DNA of 56,984 nt, filler included, from Dugesia japonica (taxonomy: Eukaryota): assembly GCA_001938525.1 (NCBI GenBank). It is 3 parts of 3 records of this genome, joined end to end, with 100 filler letters (N's around TTAATTAATTAA, not from the genome) between each part and the next. Parts side by side here need not be neighbours in the genome. Positions count along the whole stretch, not along the records: positions 30,690 to 43,422 come from MQRL01498701.1; positions 43,523 to 56,984 come from MQRL01609337.1; 1 more part is not named here. One strand, given 5' to 3'. Under the pieces are notes generated by a model that was not told where the DNA came from, searched no databases, and was given only the letters and a program-made list of their open reading frames with translations. Of the stretch, positions 35,761-48,568 are shown piece after piece. How positions within the stretch are numbered: the first letter of the stretch is position 1; each line of letters opens with the position of its first letter. The translations under genes and the position numbers were made by a program.

Positions 35761-38289
35761 TGAATAAACAAATGTTAACTCATTACGCTAAAGAAAATTA
35801 TGTAAACTGCTACAAATTTACAAAAGATTAGGAGTTGAAATATATTGAAAAAATAATTGAAACAAACTCTGCATGAAGAGCAGAATGTAATAGTGAGCTT
35901 GAGAAATATTATTACAAACTATTGAACAATAGCTTGTATGGGAAATCGATCGAAAATGAAAAGAAAAAACGGATTTGCGATTATGCAATACAAGTAAAAA
36001 GCTTATAATATATGCTTCTAAATCCAGCTTCCAGAAATTCATCAAGATTGACGAAGGCCTTATTGCAGCTTTGCTGAATAAAGAGTCAGTATGACTAGAT
36101 CGTCGAAGAAACATTGGTCAATCTGACCTTGACTTGAGCAAATTACGAATGTACCAGCTACAGTACACTGAGCTCGAGAAGTACAGAATAAAAGACAAAT
36201 TTAGTATCAATATTGTAACTGCGATAATATTGTTACTGACAGCTTTTTTCTAGAGTTATTGGATATTAATGTAGAAAAATTTACCGGTTTGACGAAGAAA
36301 GACGGATTATTAGATACTTCAAACTATAGTAAAAATCATCCCTTCTATAGTATTCAGTTGAATGCCGTCATTGGTAAGTTTAAAGACGAGAATAAGCGGA
36401 AGAAGTATATAGAGTGGATATTCTTACGTCCAAAATGTTACAGTTTGATAAAGAAACAATAAAAGCAAAAGGTCTAGCATTGAAGAATAGCAGCATCAAC
36501 AATAAAACATATGTTGACTGCTATAATAATGAGGAATAGATTTTAGTCGATCAATTTAGAAATATATCAAAAAATCATCAGTTGTTTAGCATAAAAAATA
36601 AGAAAATACTATTAAGTAACAACGATGATAAAAGGCATTGGCTAGAGAAAAATTAAAGCGTACCTTACGGACATTTTAAAATAAAATACTTTACACCATA
36701 AAAGATAAAATGATTCGGTCTCATGAAGAACAAAAACTTCAACAATGGTTGGTAATGATTTTTATATCATAAATTATTTTTATTTTAGAAAAGACAAAAA
36801 GAATAATATGTAAAATTTGTATAAAAAACTATTGTTAATGATTATTCGGTCCCATTCAGAATGAATTGTGATAATTTTTGTAAAAATAAAAGATTTTTTA
36901 TTATAATTGTTATTTTATTTATTAATAAGTCATTTTAATTGTTACAAGCATGTATTATATGTCATCATCATGCATTAAACATGGCATAAGCATGCTTGAA
37001 CATGTAATATATAAACAAAATTAATTTTTATGTTCTATCACCATGAATTTAGATTTGGTAATAGAACGAATGATTGAAAACATTGATAAAAATTAATCTG
37101 TAGGTGAACTTCAATTAAGTCTACCAAATAATCCAAATAATATTATACTTTTTTTAAATATGATTAAAATAATAAAAAAGAAATATTTTTTGAATAATAT
37201 GTATTTAATAAAAGAATTGACAGCAAATAACAACAAATAACATTAAAAAAATCTTCAAAGCCATAAAACTTGATGAATCCTCAAGCTTTTCTCCTGACAG
37301 AACGGATCTAAGCTAAAATTATTAGTTTTTAATTAAATAAAAAAAATTACGTTTATTTTTATTTATATCTATCTTAAATTGGCGCTGTTTCCCTAACGCA
37401 ATATATAGAGCTTGAACTTTGATGTTTGCTTTTGCGAAATTTAGTACTTCTGAACTTTGATATTGCAGTCCAAGTTCAATCTGTTTTTACTTATTTTCTT
37501 CTCTCATAAAGTTCGATTGCTGCTATTAGTGGGTTTAGATTGAAAAACTTTTCAAGATTTTTCATTAAAAATCTTGAATTTTTAGTTCTTGTGAACTGTA
37601 ACTGAGCTTATATTTATAATCATCTTTCCTCATGACAACTAAACTGTTAAGTAATTGGATTTCTAATAATGCATGTAGCCGATCTATCAACTTCTCCAAC
37701 TTATACCGATACTTGTGCATGATTGCTTAAATTTTGTATTTTGTATTTTATTTGTAATCTTCATCGTCTTTGTTTCATATTTCGATTTCATTCAACATTT
37801 CTTATTGTCGGAACGAGATCTTCTTAAAGTCTGTAATTTTTTTAAAAAAATAAAGAAATATAACTTAAACTTTCTCTTTATATACTTGTAATTGTATGTG
37901 TGTTCGTTTAATTTTATATTTGTTTTAGAATAGACAAAAATACCTGGAACCATTAAAAAACAATGCAGAGAAACAAAAAACCGAAGATTAAGAAGAAAAA
38001 TTAAAAAGTGGTAACAATAAATGTTTATTATTGAAAAGGTTTTTTCATTTTATAAATATTAAATAAAATATGTAAAGCTATTAGTTAATGCAATAGGGAT
38101 GCTATACAGTTGCAGCACAAATGAGCAACACACAAAAATCAAAAATCACATGTCTAATAATTTTAATTACATTTCTAATAATTTTTATCTCATAAAATCA
38201 TTAAAAAATATACTTGAAACTAATTTTTGCAACACAAAAGCTGTATGCGTGCAACACATGGAACACAGACATTTTAGACTATAGTTACA

Positions 38290-38900
38290 TTTGGCAACCT
38301 ATACACCGATTTTGATGGCCAACTCAAATCCACCATCAAAACCCAAAAATCAAAAAATCAAAAATCATCAAAACCGACACCCATTCTGTTGCGATTTTCA
38401 TTTTTTCAATATATACTTAAGCACACACACTAGCACATAAAAAAACTAAAATATAAAACCATCACCTACCCCAACTCACCCTATTTCATTCAAACCGATA
38501 TTCATTCAAATCCAAGAAAAACTCACAACACCACACCATTTTTAACATAAATCTGATAAATCATCACTGTAACCAACAGTGAATTTTTGCCCATCAATTT
38601 AACCTTCAGGTGTATTTTAGCCCATAGATACCTTTGGCAACCTATGGACCAATTTTGAGGGTCAAGTCAAATCTACCATCGAAACCCAAAAATCTTAAAA
38701 ACACACAAAGTCTGTTTTTTTTGTTTTTCAATATACACTTACATATACACAAGCACCGTCACATAAAAAATATACAAATACAACACCGTAACCTATCCCT
38801 ACTTAGCATCTTTTATTCAAACCCAAATTCATCGAAATCCCACAAAAACTCACAATACCAGACCTTTTTTAATCAAAATGCTATAACTAAAGTTAGTAAT
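38290..38900. repeat. Diverged tandem repeat, ~343 bp unit, about two copies
   Basis: TTTGGCAACCTAT...ATTTTGA.GG.CAA.TCAAATC.ACCATC.AAACCCAAAAATC occurs at 38290 and 38633, with collinear similarity downstream. Confidence 0.75.
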
Positions 38901-39895
38901 GAATTTATATATATTTTTTCAAGATCTATTGAAATCCTTGAATAAAGAAAAAAAGAAAGAAATAAAAGAAAAAAACAAAATTTTAAATTTCCTGCCAAAT
39001 AAAATATTTGAAATTCCCGCTAAATTATCTAATTAATTAAAACAAAAACTTAGTCATACGGTTAAAAATTTTAAATCCCCGGTAACTAGATTTATTTAAA
39101 ATAAATATACATTAGATAGGTCAGCATGCCCTTACTTTTTTGATGAGTCAATTGATCTCACACTCCCTCCCCTTTCCTCCTCCATCATTCTAAACAAACC
39201 AGCACATCAAAAATCAATCAAATTCAAAAAGCAATTAAAATCTAAAATCAATCAATCTTTATGGATCGGCTAGAAGGTGCTTGAATTTGTTGGGTATTAT
39301 CACTCAACAAAAGATTTTATGGTTCGTAATATATAATTGCTTTGTGATTTTTCGGGTGTTGATGTTTTTGTGTATGTAAATACAATATTATATAATCAAT
39401 ATTCAATGCTATAGATATAGTTATATATTGTCAATTTCCTTATATAAATAAATAAATGATAACCTTTGAATAAAAATTTATTTTTTGATGTATACAAATA
39501 TATCACTAACAGTACAAAGCTTATAACGCAAAATTTTAATTATATGAACTACTGCCGCCCGAAGAGGTTGGAGTGTTCAATAATTTGAAGTCTAAGTTTA
39601 CAATGAATTAGTTCAGTATTTATACTGAATCTGTCAATTACATGCATTTACATTATTTACATAAAAATCAATATTTTTCTATATACAATTACATTTTTAA
39701 CTAATTCTTTATAAAAAAAATGATTATACTATAAATAAATAAAAATTTTGTAAAAATAATATTTCAATTTTTCCATAAACAGAATCAATTTCAATTTTTC
39801 TTTTAAACAAAATTAAAACTACTCACAAAATATAAAGCAACTACATTATTGATTCAAAATTTACTTTTATAGAAATATAAATCTAAAAATACACA

Positions 39896-39974
39896 GTCAA
39901 ACAACCGCAAAATAAATTGATTAAATTAATGTCAAAACACCGCAAAATAAATTGATTAAATTAATGTCAAAACA
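39896..39974. repeat. Short tandem duplication (~34 bp)
   Basis: ACCGCAAAATAAATTGATTAAATTAATGTCAAAAC occurs twice. Confidence 0.85.
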
Positions 39975-40537
39975 TAGATATTCAACTGTGAAGTATTTTC
40001 AATATCTGATCTGATAATTGAATTGGTTGGATGGGAAGGTTGGATGGGATTGTTGAATTGACTTGAGTATGCTTCTCGAATATTGACTTGAAATAATATG
40101 TGATGTTGTGTTCATGCTGTATTGAACTATGTGATGTGGTATGCTGTGTTTTTATTTATTCTTATCTATTAACAATTCTCAACAAATTTACCAATCAAAA
40201 AAGTGGGGCGATGCTGATTTATCTAATCAAACAAATATTACTTATTTTCCCGATAGTTGCTGATAGTAGTTTAATAATAAAGCCACTTAATAGTTTTGTT
40301 AAATCAAACTCTAAGACCTCAAAAATTGAAAATATAAGTCTGAAAAAGCTTATTTTTTTGCTTTCCTTTTATACCTCACTTTATCGTCAAAATTTTACAA
40401 ATAAAGTTGGTATCTACTTGAGATATTTTTAGAAATTGCTGAATTTTGCGGTGCTTACTTACGAATTCTTCATATATAGTTTAATTTATATATTCATTTA
40501 TTTTCATTCTCTTTTTCGTCATTTACCTGTGTGAATT

Positions 40538-41170
40538 TGTTATATAAATCTAGATATTAAATAATAAGATATTTAACAAGTTAAAATTATATTTCATAAA
40601 ACAGCAATATTAAAACAAATCAAATTCATTTTAAAATTTTGAATATTTGATTTTAAATATTCAATAATTTGAATTTAGATATATTTAAATATATCACATT
40701 CCTCCCTTTGCTTTATCGATATTGAGGATTCGGATTCTTTGTCATTCTTTCTGGATAACGTCTTCTGATATCGCTCTCAATTTGCCTGTCAGGTTGTACT
40801 GGTAAGGCTGTTTTCTTTTTGCTTACTGATATTTGTGTGCTCCAGGACATGTAGAAAAGTCCATCTCTTGGTATTCTTTTGATTTGGCTGTAATTTCTTT
40901 GAATTAAAGTGTTTCTATTTTCATCAAGCAAAGTGTAAGTCCATTCATCAATTTTCTTTATTACTTTAAATGGTCCAATATATCGCCAATAATTGCAGGA
41001 GGTTTGGCTGCTGCAAGGTCAACTCTTTCTCCTTCAAGTGCTGATATTTAGCTGTTTGTTTCGTTGCCTGATCCTTTAGTTGCAACACCTCATTCCGAAG
41101 CTCTCGGCGCTCCTCTTTGCATTTCTTTTGCATCTCTATCATCTCCTTCGTTGCTATTTTACTGTCTGGT
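40538..41170 (-). mobile_element. 3' end of a second small-family Gypsy copy (integrase C-terminus, PPT, 3' LTR)
   Basis: TG..CA LTR at 40538-40698 matching 33933-34113; adjacent PPT (AGCAAAGGGAGGAA on the minus strand); YIGPFKVIKK and RRRYPER integrase tail. Confidence 0.85.
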
Positions 41171-42389
41171 AATTGATTAACTAAATCTTAAGAGATTTGA
41201 AATTTACACCTCAAGAGAATGATATATGCAAAAATATATATATATATATTTAATTTTTTAAATCGATCAAATTATTAAGGGTAATAATTAGCATTGTACA
41301 AACATTTAAATATAACAATTAACATTGTATCTTGCTCCTATTTGTCCATCACACAATCATATCACCCATCGAACGCTGCTAAAAGTTCTCCTGATTTTCC
41401 TTTTATCATAAAGCAGAAATAAAACTCGAACGAAAAATCGAGAAAAAACCAATGTTATTTCACTACTACCTCTGCAGTTAATTCACTCTAAATCATGACA
41501 TACATATCACACTCTTTAGCTCGATGAAAATCAACAAAATAAATAAATATTTATAAATCCAACAAATAGACTATAATTATGTCCATCACGGACGGGACCG
41601 CTCAGGCTCATCAGATCCCGTACAATTGTCCGCTCTTCGGCTTCTTCATCCACCTCGGTGGTGTTGTAGAGATTGTATGTCTGTTATCTCTATTGATTCG
41701 ATGNATAGCTCCTCTTTGAGCAGTTTTATTTGTGTCAAAAATTGACTCTCGTGTCCTTTTGTTGGGGAAAACCAATGTTAAATTTAACCTGAATACACAC
41801 GTACTCATACATCCACAAAAACATAACAAAACATACACAAACAAACATAAGCAAACAATAAAACAAAATCAACTTTAAAACATAATCACACAACAAGCAC
41901 AGCAAACAAAACACCCAGAATGCATTTGGTGATACCAAACAGCAACAATCAGAACAAAATTCAATCAACTGATCCAAATCAATTCAGACAGCAATCCCAT
42001 CAAATAATTTGACAATTTATCTTGAAAACTTTGTGATTATTAATAATCCATCATATTGCTGTTCTATATTTTTATTGATTTATATTTCTAAGCGATAAAC
42101 ATTATGTAAACTATTTCGAAAATTGTTTATTTAAATTAATTTGACAATTTCTTTTTGATCCATCATATTGTTATTGATTTTATTTTTAAGCAAAAAACAT
42201 TATTATTATATTAATTTTGAATGTAAAATATTTCGAAAACTGTTTATGTACATTGGAATTTTATTAATCACATGGTATATTTACAAATAATAACTGTAAT
42301 TTTTTATTTAATGGAAAATTTTCACTATATTTTAATGTAAATGTTTGAAATATTTATGATTATTGCAATATATTTTATGGAAAACTTAA

Positions 42390-42684
42390 TGTGACTGGAC
42401 CAGATTTCGTTGTTAATTATCTCATTAATTAACAAATTTCTCTATTATAATAATTATTAAATACATATTATAGTAATTAATAAGGCCGTAGACGTCCTTT
42501 ATGTTTATTATATTAGCAGTAATATTATCTCTAGTATACATTTAACTGTACTATTCATCATTTAAACATCTTTCCCATAAAATACGGGTCTTCCCTGCTC
42601 AATTTTCATTTTCTCGATTTTATATAATAACTGCATAATGATTATAACAACGATAGTTAATTAATAATAATTAATGTAGTCACA
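42390..42684. repeat. Possible LTR-like segment bounded by TGTGACT...AGTCACA
   Basis: 7-bp terminal inverted repeat with TG/CA ends, followed by TTTC-TGG; no TSD or partner seen. Confidence 0.35.
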
Positions 42685-43422
42685 TTTCTGGCCCAGCACT
42701 GGTTTTTACTTATTTTTCTGCTCATTTTAGTTTTGATTCTCTTTTTATTATTAATCCGAAAAATTTGGTAATTCCTTTTCCCGAAAATTTTGGCGTTGCA
42801 GACCAACTAACATATAAAATGCTACATGTAAACTTTTATATAAATATTTGTGAAAATTGTAAGATATAAAGAAATAGCGCTTAAAATGCACTTCAGATAA
42901 ACAACAACGCAGCTTTCAAAAATGTCTTTATTCAAAAATGATGTATATTTACTAAACAGTGAAGTCATTCTTTTACCTATTATTAATTTGATTAATTTAT
43001 CATTTTTGTTTATAACATCATTTTGAATTATTTTGTGATCTGGTACTGGTTTTTGCATTATCAACAAACAGAAATAGCTTGTAAACTTTGGTGAATTATT
43101 TAACAATGCCAAACTAAATTTTTCATGCTTTCTATTGTTTGATTATTTATGAAGCGCTATTATGACTAAACCAATATCTTTCTTCTATTAAAAAAAAGGA
43201 TATTAGAGCCGGATGTCAATTAAGTGATGATGAAAAGTGACAATCTTGGAGTTATTTAAAATTTCATAACGCAAGTGTTGGTAGCTCAGAACAAATAGTT
43301 AAAACCTAAAATCAATTAAATAGCTTTTTTGGTGAAACAGTTTCATGTAAGTTATTGATATTTTTATAATAATTGTTATAATTATTATTGATATGATTAA
43401 TTTTTTAAAAATCGAGCAAGTA

Positions 43423-43522
43423 NNNNNNNNNNNNNNNNNNNNNNNNNNNNNNNNNNNNNNNNNNNNTTAATTAATTAANNNNNNNNNNNNNNNNNNNNNN
43501 NNNNNNNNNNNNNNNNNNNNNN
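43423..43522. other. Artificial scaffold-joining linker (44N-TTAATTAATTAA-44N)
   Basis: Identical to the linker at 30590. Confidence 0.92.
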
Positions 43523-43583
<61 letters not shown>

Positions 43584-43590
43584 GTAATAA
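43523..43590. repeat. (AAT)n microsatellite at scaffold start
   Basis: Directly visible. Confidence 0.97.
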
Positions 43591-44469
43591 TGAAATGCAC
43601 AATCCGTTACTGATTTTAATTACTTTATTTTTAATTCTGAGATAAGTCAAACTAACCAATACTTATAAGGTTTATTGCTAAACTTTCACTCTTCAAAATT
43701 TAACGTTAAAGAAAAATTTGAATATTCNGAAAACCTGCAGTGTTCATTATTAACCAAAGGCATACTAAAATCAGATACATTATCGTTTAAGATTGCTGAC
43801 CTCCTCCATCTGACCGACCGAGCTCCTTGCAAGCTCCTATTTGGAACGTTGGCATAATTGGTTAGCAACTGCTGTTGTAATTTATTATACTCTGTGTTTT
43901 CTCTTTTTATCCCCATAGTAATTTTGAACATAACTCATAACTATCTTGTTGTAATCTCTATCACTCAACTAAAACATATACTCATTGCACTCTTGTTGAA
44001 ATCTCTGTCATAATAACCAATGTGGTAATTAACGGCTCGCTCTCAAAACCTCGTTCCTCATTTATAGTCGGATTTATTTACTCATAAAATTTCTTTGCCA
44101 CAACCGGGAACTTGGTCAATCCAATGGAATCAAACATTGAGAATGACACTCAGACAATAGTATTAAAACATGAGTTAAAAACAACTACAATTTTTCCTTT
44201 TTCTATTTATCTCTGCGGTATCCTTTCCTTTAAAATTGTCAATTAAAATCGTAACTTTTAAATTCTTTAACAAACTTTTGTAATTCAAATCAATATATGT
44301 ATTTTTCAAATTATGCTTATAATCTTTTAAGTTCTGCCCTCTTTTCTCCTCGTCATCCCATTTTATTTCTTGTTGGAGAGAGGGATTGTTTGGCTCTCGA
44401 TTAGCCTGTGAATAATGCTACGAGTTTCTCTATCCGGGCTTCCCGATTGGCTGTCACTGTTCTCAATTC

Positions 44470-45420
44470 GATGTGCGTATCTCAGTGTTTTACCTGTGGT
44501 TACAATTTCAATTGTTGGTGTATTAATCAGTACCATATCACCCGTTTTAAACGTATGGGGCTTTGTATCTCGATCATTAAATTCCTTATAACTTTCTTGA
44601 TTTAATTTCGCATTTAACGCTGCTAATCTCTATATTTCTTGCATTCTCTCTTTCATGCCGGTAACGTAATCATCCTCGCCCATGTATTGTGATATCGGTG
44701 GCTGAAGCTCCAAATCGATTGGCATATTCCATTCTCTACCATACATTGATTTAAACGGTGACGCGTTTGTCACGAGATGTTCTCCCATCCGATATGCAAA
44801 AAAAAAATCTCTCTGTGATTTCGTCGCATAACTTGATAACATTCTAGTCAATGTCTGATTGAATCGCTCTGTCATACCGTTCGTTTGTGGATGATACTTT
44901 GACGTCTGTACTTTATGAATATTAAAATAACTAGTCACTTCTTTCATTAACTCACTCATGAAATTCTTTCCTTGATCTGTCAATATCTTTTTCGGTGACC
45001 CGTATCGACTTAATAATTTATCTACTAATACCCTTGCAATTGTCGACGCTTTCTGATCCTTTAACGCAAATGACTCCGGAAATTTTGATAAAAAATCCAC
45101 TACTGTCAAAATATAGACTTTTAAACTGTCCGTTGGTGGTAATGGTCTGATTATATCCATTGCAATTATATTCATTGGTGCTGCTGGCACTGGTATCGGT
45201 TGTAACGGAACTTTAAATTTTTTTCCTTTTCCTTTTTATGCTGTACCAATCTCACATTAACCAATTCATTCTTTCACACATGTCGTAATATGCGGCCAAT
45301 AATATTTTGCTCGCAACTTTGATTCGGTTTTCTTTGCTGACATATGACCTCCTAGAATCACATTATGATACTGCTCAAGTATTTTTGCTCGTCGACATTT
45401 TGGTATTACCAATAACAGTT
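44470..45420 (-). pseudogene. pol: Integrase of copy 2
   Basis: IAMDII.PLP, VDFLSKFPE, ILTDQGKNF, YHPQTNGMTERFN; truncated after GDMVLINTP. Confidence 0.93.
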
Positions 45421-45699
45421 TATCACTTTACTTCATCATTAATCACTCATTTACCACGGTATATCTACCACATCGTTTCTTTAAATGTTCCTTCGTCGCT
45501 TTGCAACAACCCACTTTGCTCAAATCAAAGTGAGATTTATACTCTAAAATTATTTTCACTTCTTCGTCCTGATCCTTTTTCAATCCAGTAAAATCTTTAA
45601 TTCTCTGCCAATATCATGCATAGAGATCGTATGTCTCGATTCATTAATTGCTGTAAGTCTATCCATTCACCTCTGGTTGCTTTATTTTCTACCACTTCT

Positions 45700-47000
45700 T
45701 CTGATTCGTCTGTAAATTTTGCTCTTGACATATAATCTGCATTTGAATTTGCTTTTTCAGTTTTTTACTTGACCAGCGGTGCATATTTTTGTAGCTTCAT
45801 CGCCCATCTGGCTATTCGATTTGCTTGTAATGGCTTTTGTCCGATCATTGTTATTGGCTGATGATCAGTGTAAATTATTATTGGATGTCCCAGTATTAAC
45901 TGATTAAAATGTTTTACCGCCTTTACTATTGCTAAAATGTCTCGTTCAGTGGTACTATAATTCTTTTCAGATCCTTGAAATGTTTTACTAAAATATCCGA
46001 TCACACTTTCTCGCCCTTCCTCCTCTAATTGACTCAATACTACACCCATTGCATAATCGCTTGCATCTGTTGCAAGTATAAATGGTTTCCTAACATCTGG
46101 TTGTACCAATATCGGTCATTAACTTTTCTCGAATTGTTTCAAATGTTTTTTGATGCTCATCTATCCAAATAAACTTTACGTCATGTTTCACTAGTGATTG
46201 AATCGGTCTCACGATTGTCGCAAATTTTTCGATAATCTACAAAAATTTATTTTTTTATAAAAAATTTTCGATAATAATTCGCCATTCTTAGTAAGACTTG
46301 AATATCGTTTACATTCTTTGGCACCGGTAAATTCTTAATCTACTCAATATTTGTCAGATCTGATTGTTTTCCTTTATCTGTTATCAGGTGTCCTAAATAT
46401 GCCACTTGCTTTTTAGCCCATTCGCATTTCGTAGGTTTCACTTGTAGTTTCCATTCTCAAAATTTGTACAAATACATTTCTCAAATCTTTTAAATATTCC
46501 TCAAACGTGACAGAAAATATCAACAGATCGTCAATATATACCATACACTGTGGCATGCCATGTGTCACAAAATTCATGCATCTCTGAAATGATGCTGGCG
46601 CATTTTTCAGTCCAAACGACATTCGAACCAATTAATCATTACTGCTGAAAATGCAGTTTTCTCTTTATCTGCTTCCTCTATTTCGATTTGCGAATACCCA
46701 CTCTACAAATCCAACGTCGTAAATATCTTTACTTTATAATAAAACGTTAACATATCATTGATGTCTGGTAACGGATATGTATCCTTTTTCGTTTTCGCAT
46801 TTAGTTGTCTGTAATCAATGCAGAATCTTATTGTTCCCTCTATCTTTTAAACCAATACTACTGGAAATTGATCGGTGAACAACTTTGGTCAATTAATTTA
46901 CATTTTAACATCTCCTCGATTTTCTCCTCGCAGATATTCCTGTTTGCCTCGACCTGTTTGTAAGTTTGCAACTTTATCGGTGTTTCGTTTGTTAATACTA
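45700..47000 (-). pseudogene. pol: RT and RNase H of copy 2
   Basis: RFCIDYRQLN, TLDL..GY.QI, FGLKNAPASFQR, VYIDD, TDASDYAMGVVLSQ, NYSTTERD.LA, YTDHQP. Confidence 0.95.
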
Positions 47001-47449
47001 TTGAATATGTACCGCACATGTACCTAATTTATTGCCTGTCCACGCAAAAATATCTCTGAATTTCCCCAATAAATTTAATAATTTAGCTTTTTCTGCAGCT
47101 GATAAAATTGTTGATTCCACTTTAAACGTTCGATCGACTTCTTCAAAATTTGTCGGTAGCTCGATTTCAATTCGCTTCGCCATTTCTCCTTTTAATTTCT
47201 CGTAATCATAGTTCACCATATTATCCATCTCTGCCTCGCCGTCTCCCAGTGGAGTTAATACTCCGATTTTTGAATTTGGATATATCGTTATATCTTTTTC
47301 TGTCGTATTTAGTACATTCACTGGCACTTGGCCCTCGTCGGACCTTTTTACTATTTCCCTTGCTACTAGTAATTTATATCGTTTCGAGAACCCCTCGTGC
47401 GGTTCAAAAATCATATTCTCTTTACAGTTTTCTCTGGTTTTAAGGTCAG

Positions 47450-47741
47450 TCCCCAAAATACAATCTTCACTCATATTCATCACCGTCATTTCATGAGATA
47501 CTGTTCACCATTGATATTCAACTTCACATCGTAATTTGCCATACACCTTGGGTTGCCATCCATCCGCTAAAAATATTTCTGATTTATTCTGTGTAATATA
47601 TGGCAACTTGGTTGGTGATACTAAATTAGAATTTAATACTGATATTGTTGCTCCGGTATCCAACAACGCTGATAATATCCTACCATCGATTTTTAGGTCT
47701 ATTAATATCCGGTTTTCAGCCTCAGAATAATTATAACACAC
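47450..47741 (-). pseudogene. pol: Aspartic protease of copy 2
   Basis: ALLDTGATISVL, LADG, CILGTD. Confidence 0.92.
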
Positions 47742-47769
47742 GTAATCCTTCTTTTTTGTGTGTCAGACC

Positions 47770-48568
47770 ACAACAGCGCTTCCTCCTTTGTTTCCATTGC
47801 TACATTTACTTTACCAACGGCTGGCATTCACTCCTTTTTAATGGAGTCAACAATTTTCTTTCCTCGATACTCATCGAACAAGACCTCCCTAAGAAATGAC
47901 ATCGTACATTCCTGATGATTGACTTGATATACTATGGTTGACTCTCATGTATTACACGAATTATTGGAGGCTAAACACATCGAGTACATCTTCATCTTTT
48001 TGGTCGTTGTATTAAATAAGGCATCAAAATTTTTGAATTCCGCTCTTTAAATTTCTATGGTCACGACTCCAGTCGCATAGCCTAAGAGGTTAGTGTATTT
48101 TCCTTGTACGCAAGTTACTGTTGCATTTGAAAAGGATCCTGCTGCGAACAGACGAGTTTGTACTATTTGACTTCTTTTGGCATTTATTGTTTTCCCTTTA
48201 CTCACGTGTTTTTTACCGGTTGTAAATCCAGCTTCGCATTGTTGTCGTGTGAGGATAACAGGTATTGCTTCTATACCTGGGGATATGATTGCCGAATAAC
48301 TACTTCCTTCACAATATACAAACACTTGCATTGTTACTTTACATTCCATGACCTTTGTCTTGTAATTATCTGATTCTTGGTCCACAAAATAACTCATCGA
48401 CTTATGTACAACTTCTAACTTTTCTGGGTTTGCTTCTGAGCATTCCTCTGCATCGATTAATGAATACACTGTTTCCCCGATATCCATATGATCACAATCA
48501 TAAGCTTGAATTGCTGCACTTCGTCCCATTAAGAACATTAAAATTAAAACCATGAACATTGACTGCAT
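47770..48568 (-). pseudogene. env: N-terminal half of the chuvirus-like glycoprotein, copy 2
   Basis: Signal MFMVLILMFLMGRSAA, then IQAYDC..YSLIDAEEC..ECKV..YC..SY..QQC..GF..G..FAAGS..TC; joined by a deletion to PR with no N gap. Confidence 0.82.

Larger units (their letters stand above)
30745..36700 (+). mobile_element. polB: Polinton/adintovirus-type DNA polymerase B pseudogene, interrupted by two insertions
   Basis: N-terminal-like IRKFVRKNPEYAINVF (~30760); motif A DINNLY..QKLP..DF.(W) at 34115; EVD...P..IHD..KDLP; motif B KLLNNSLYGK (~35915-35945); motif C-like TDSFF (~36235); LDTSNY..HP..GKFKDE..LRPKCYS; KAKG; DDKR..PYGH (~36670). Confidence 0.85.

Noticed and set aside
33933-40698. 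A single LTR element carrying polB as cargo
   Set aside because: The PBS and PPT lie outside the LTR pair, not inside it.
41580-41640. Minus-strand CTGATGAG in a GC-richer patch, considered as a ribozyme
   Set aside because: No downstream GAAA and no helices in the required arrangement.
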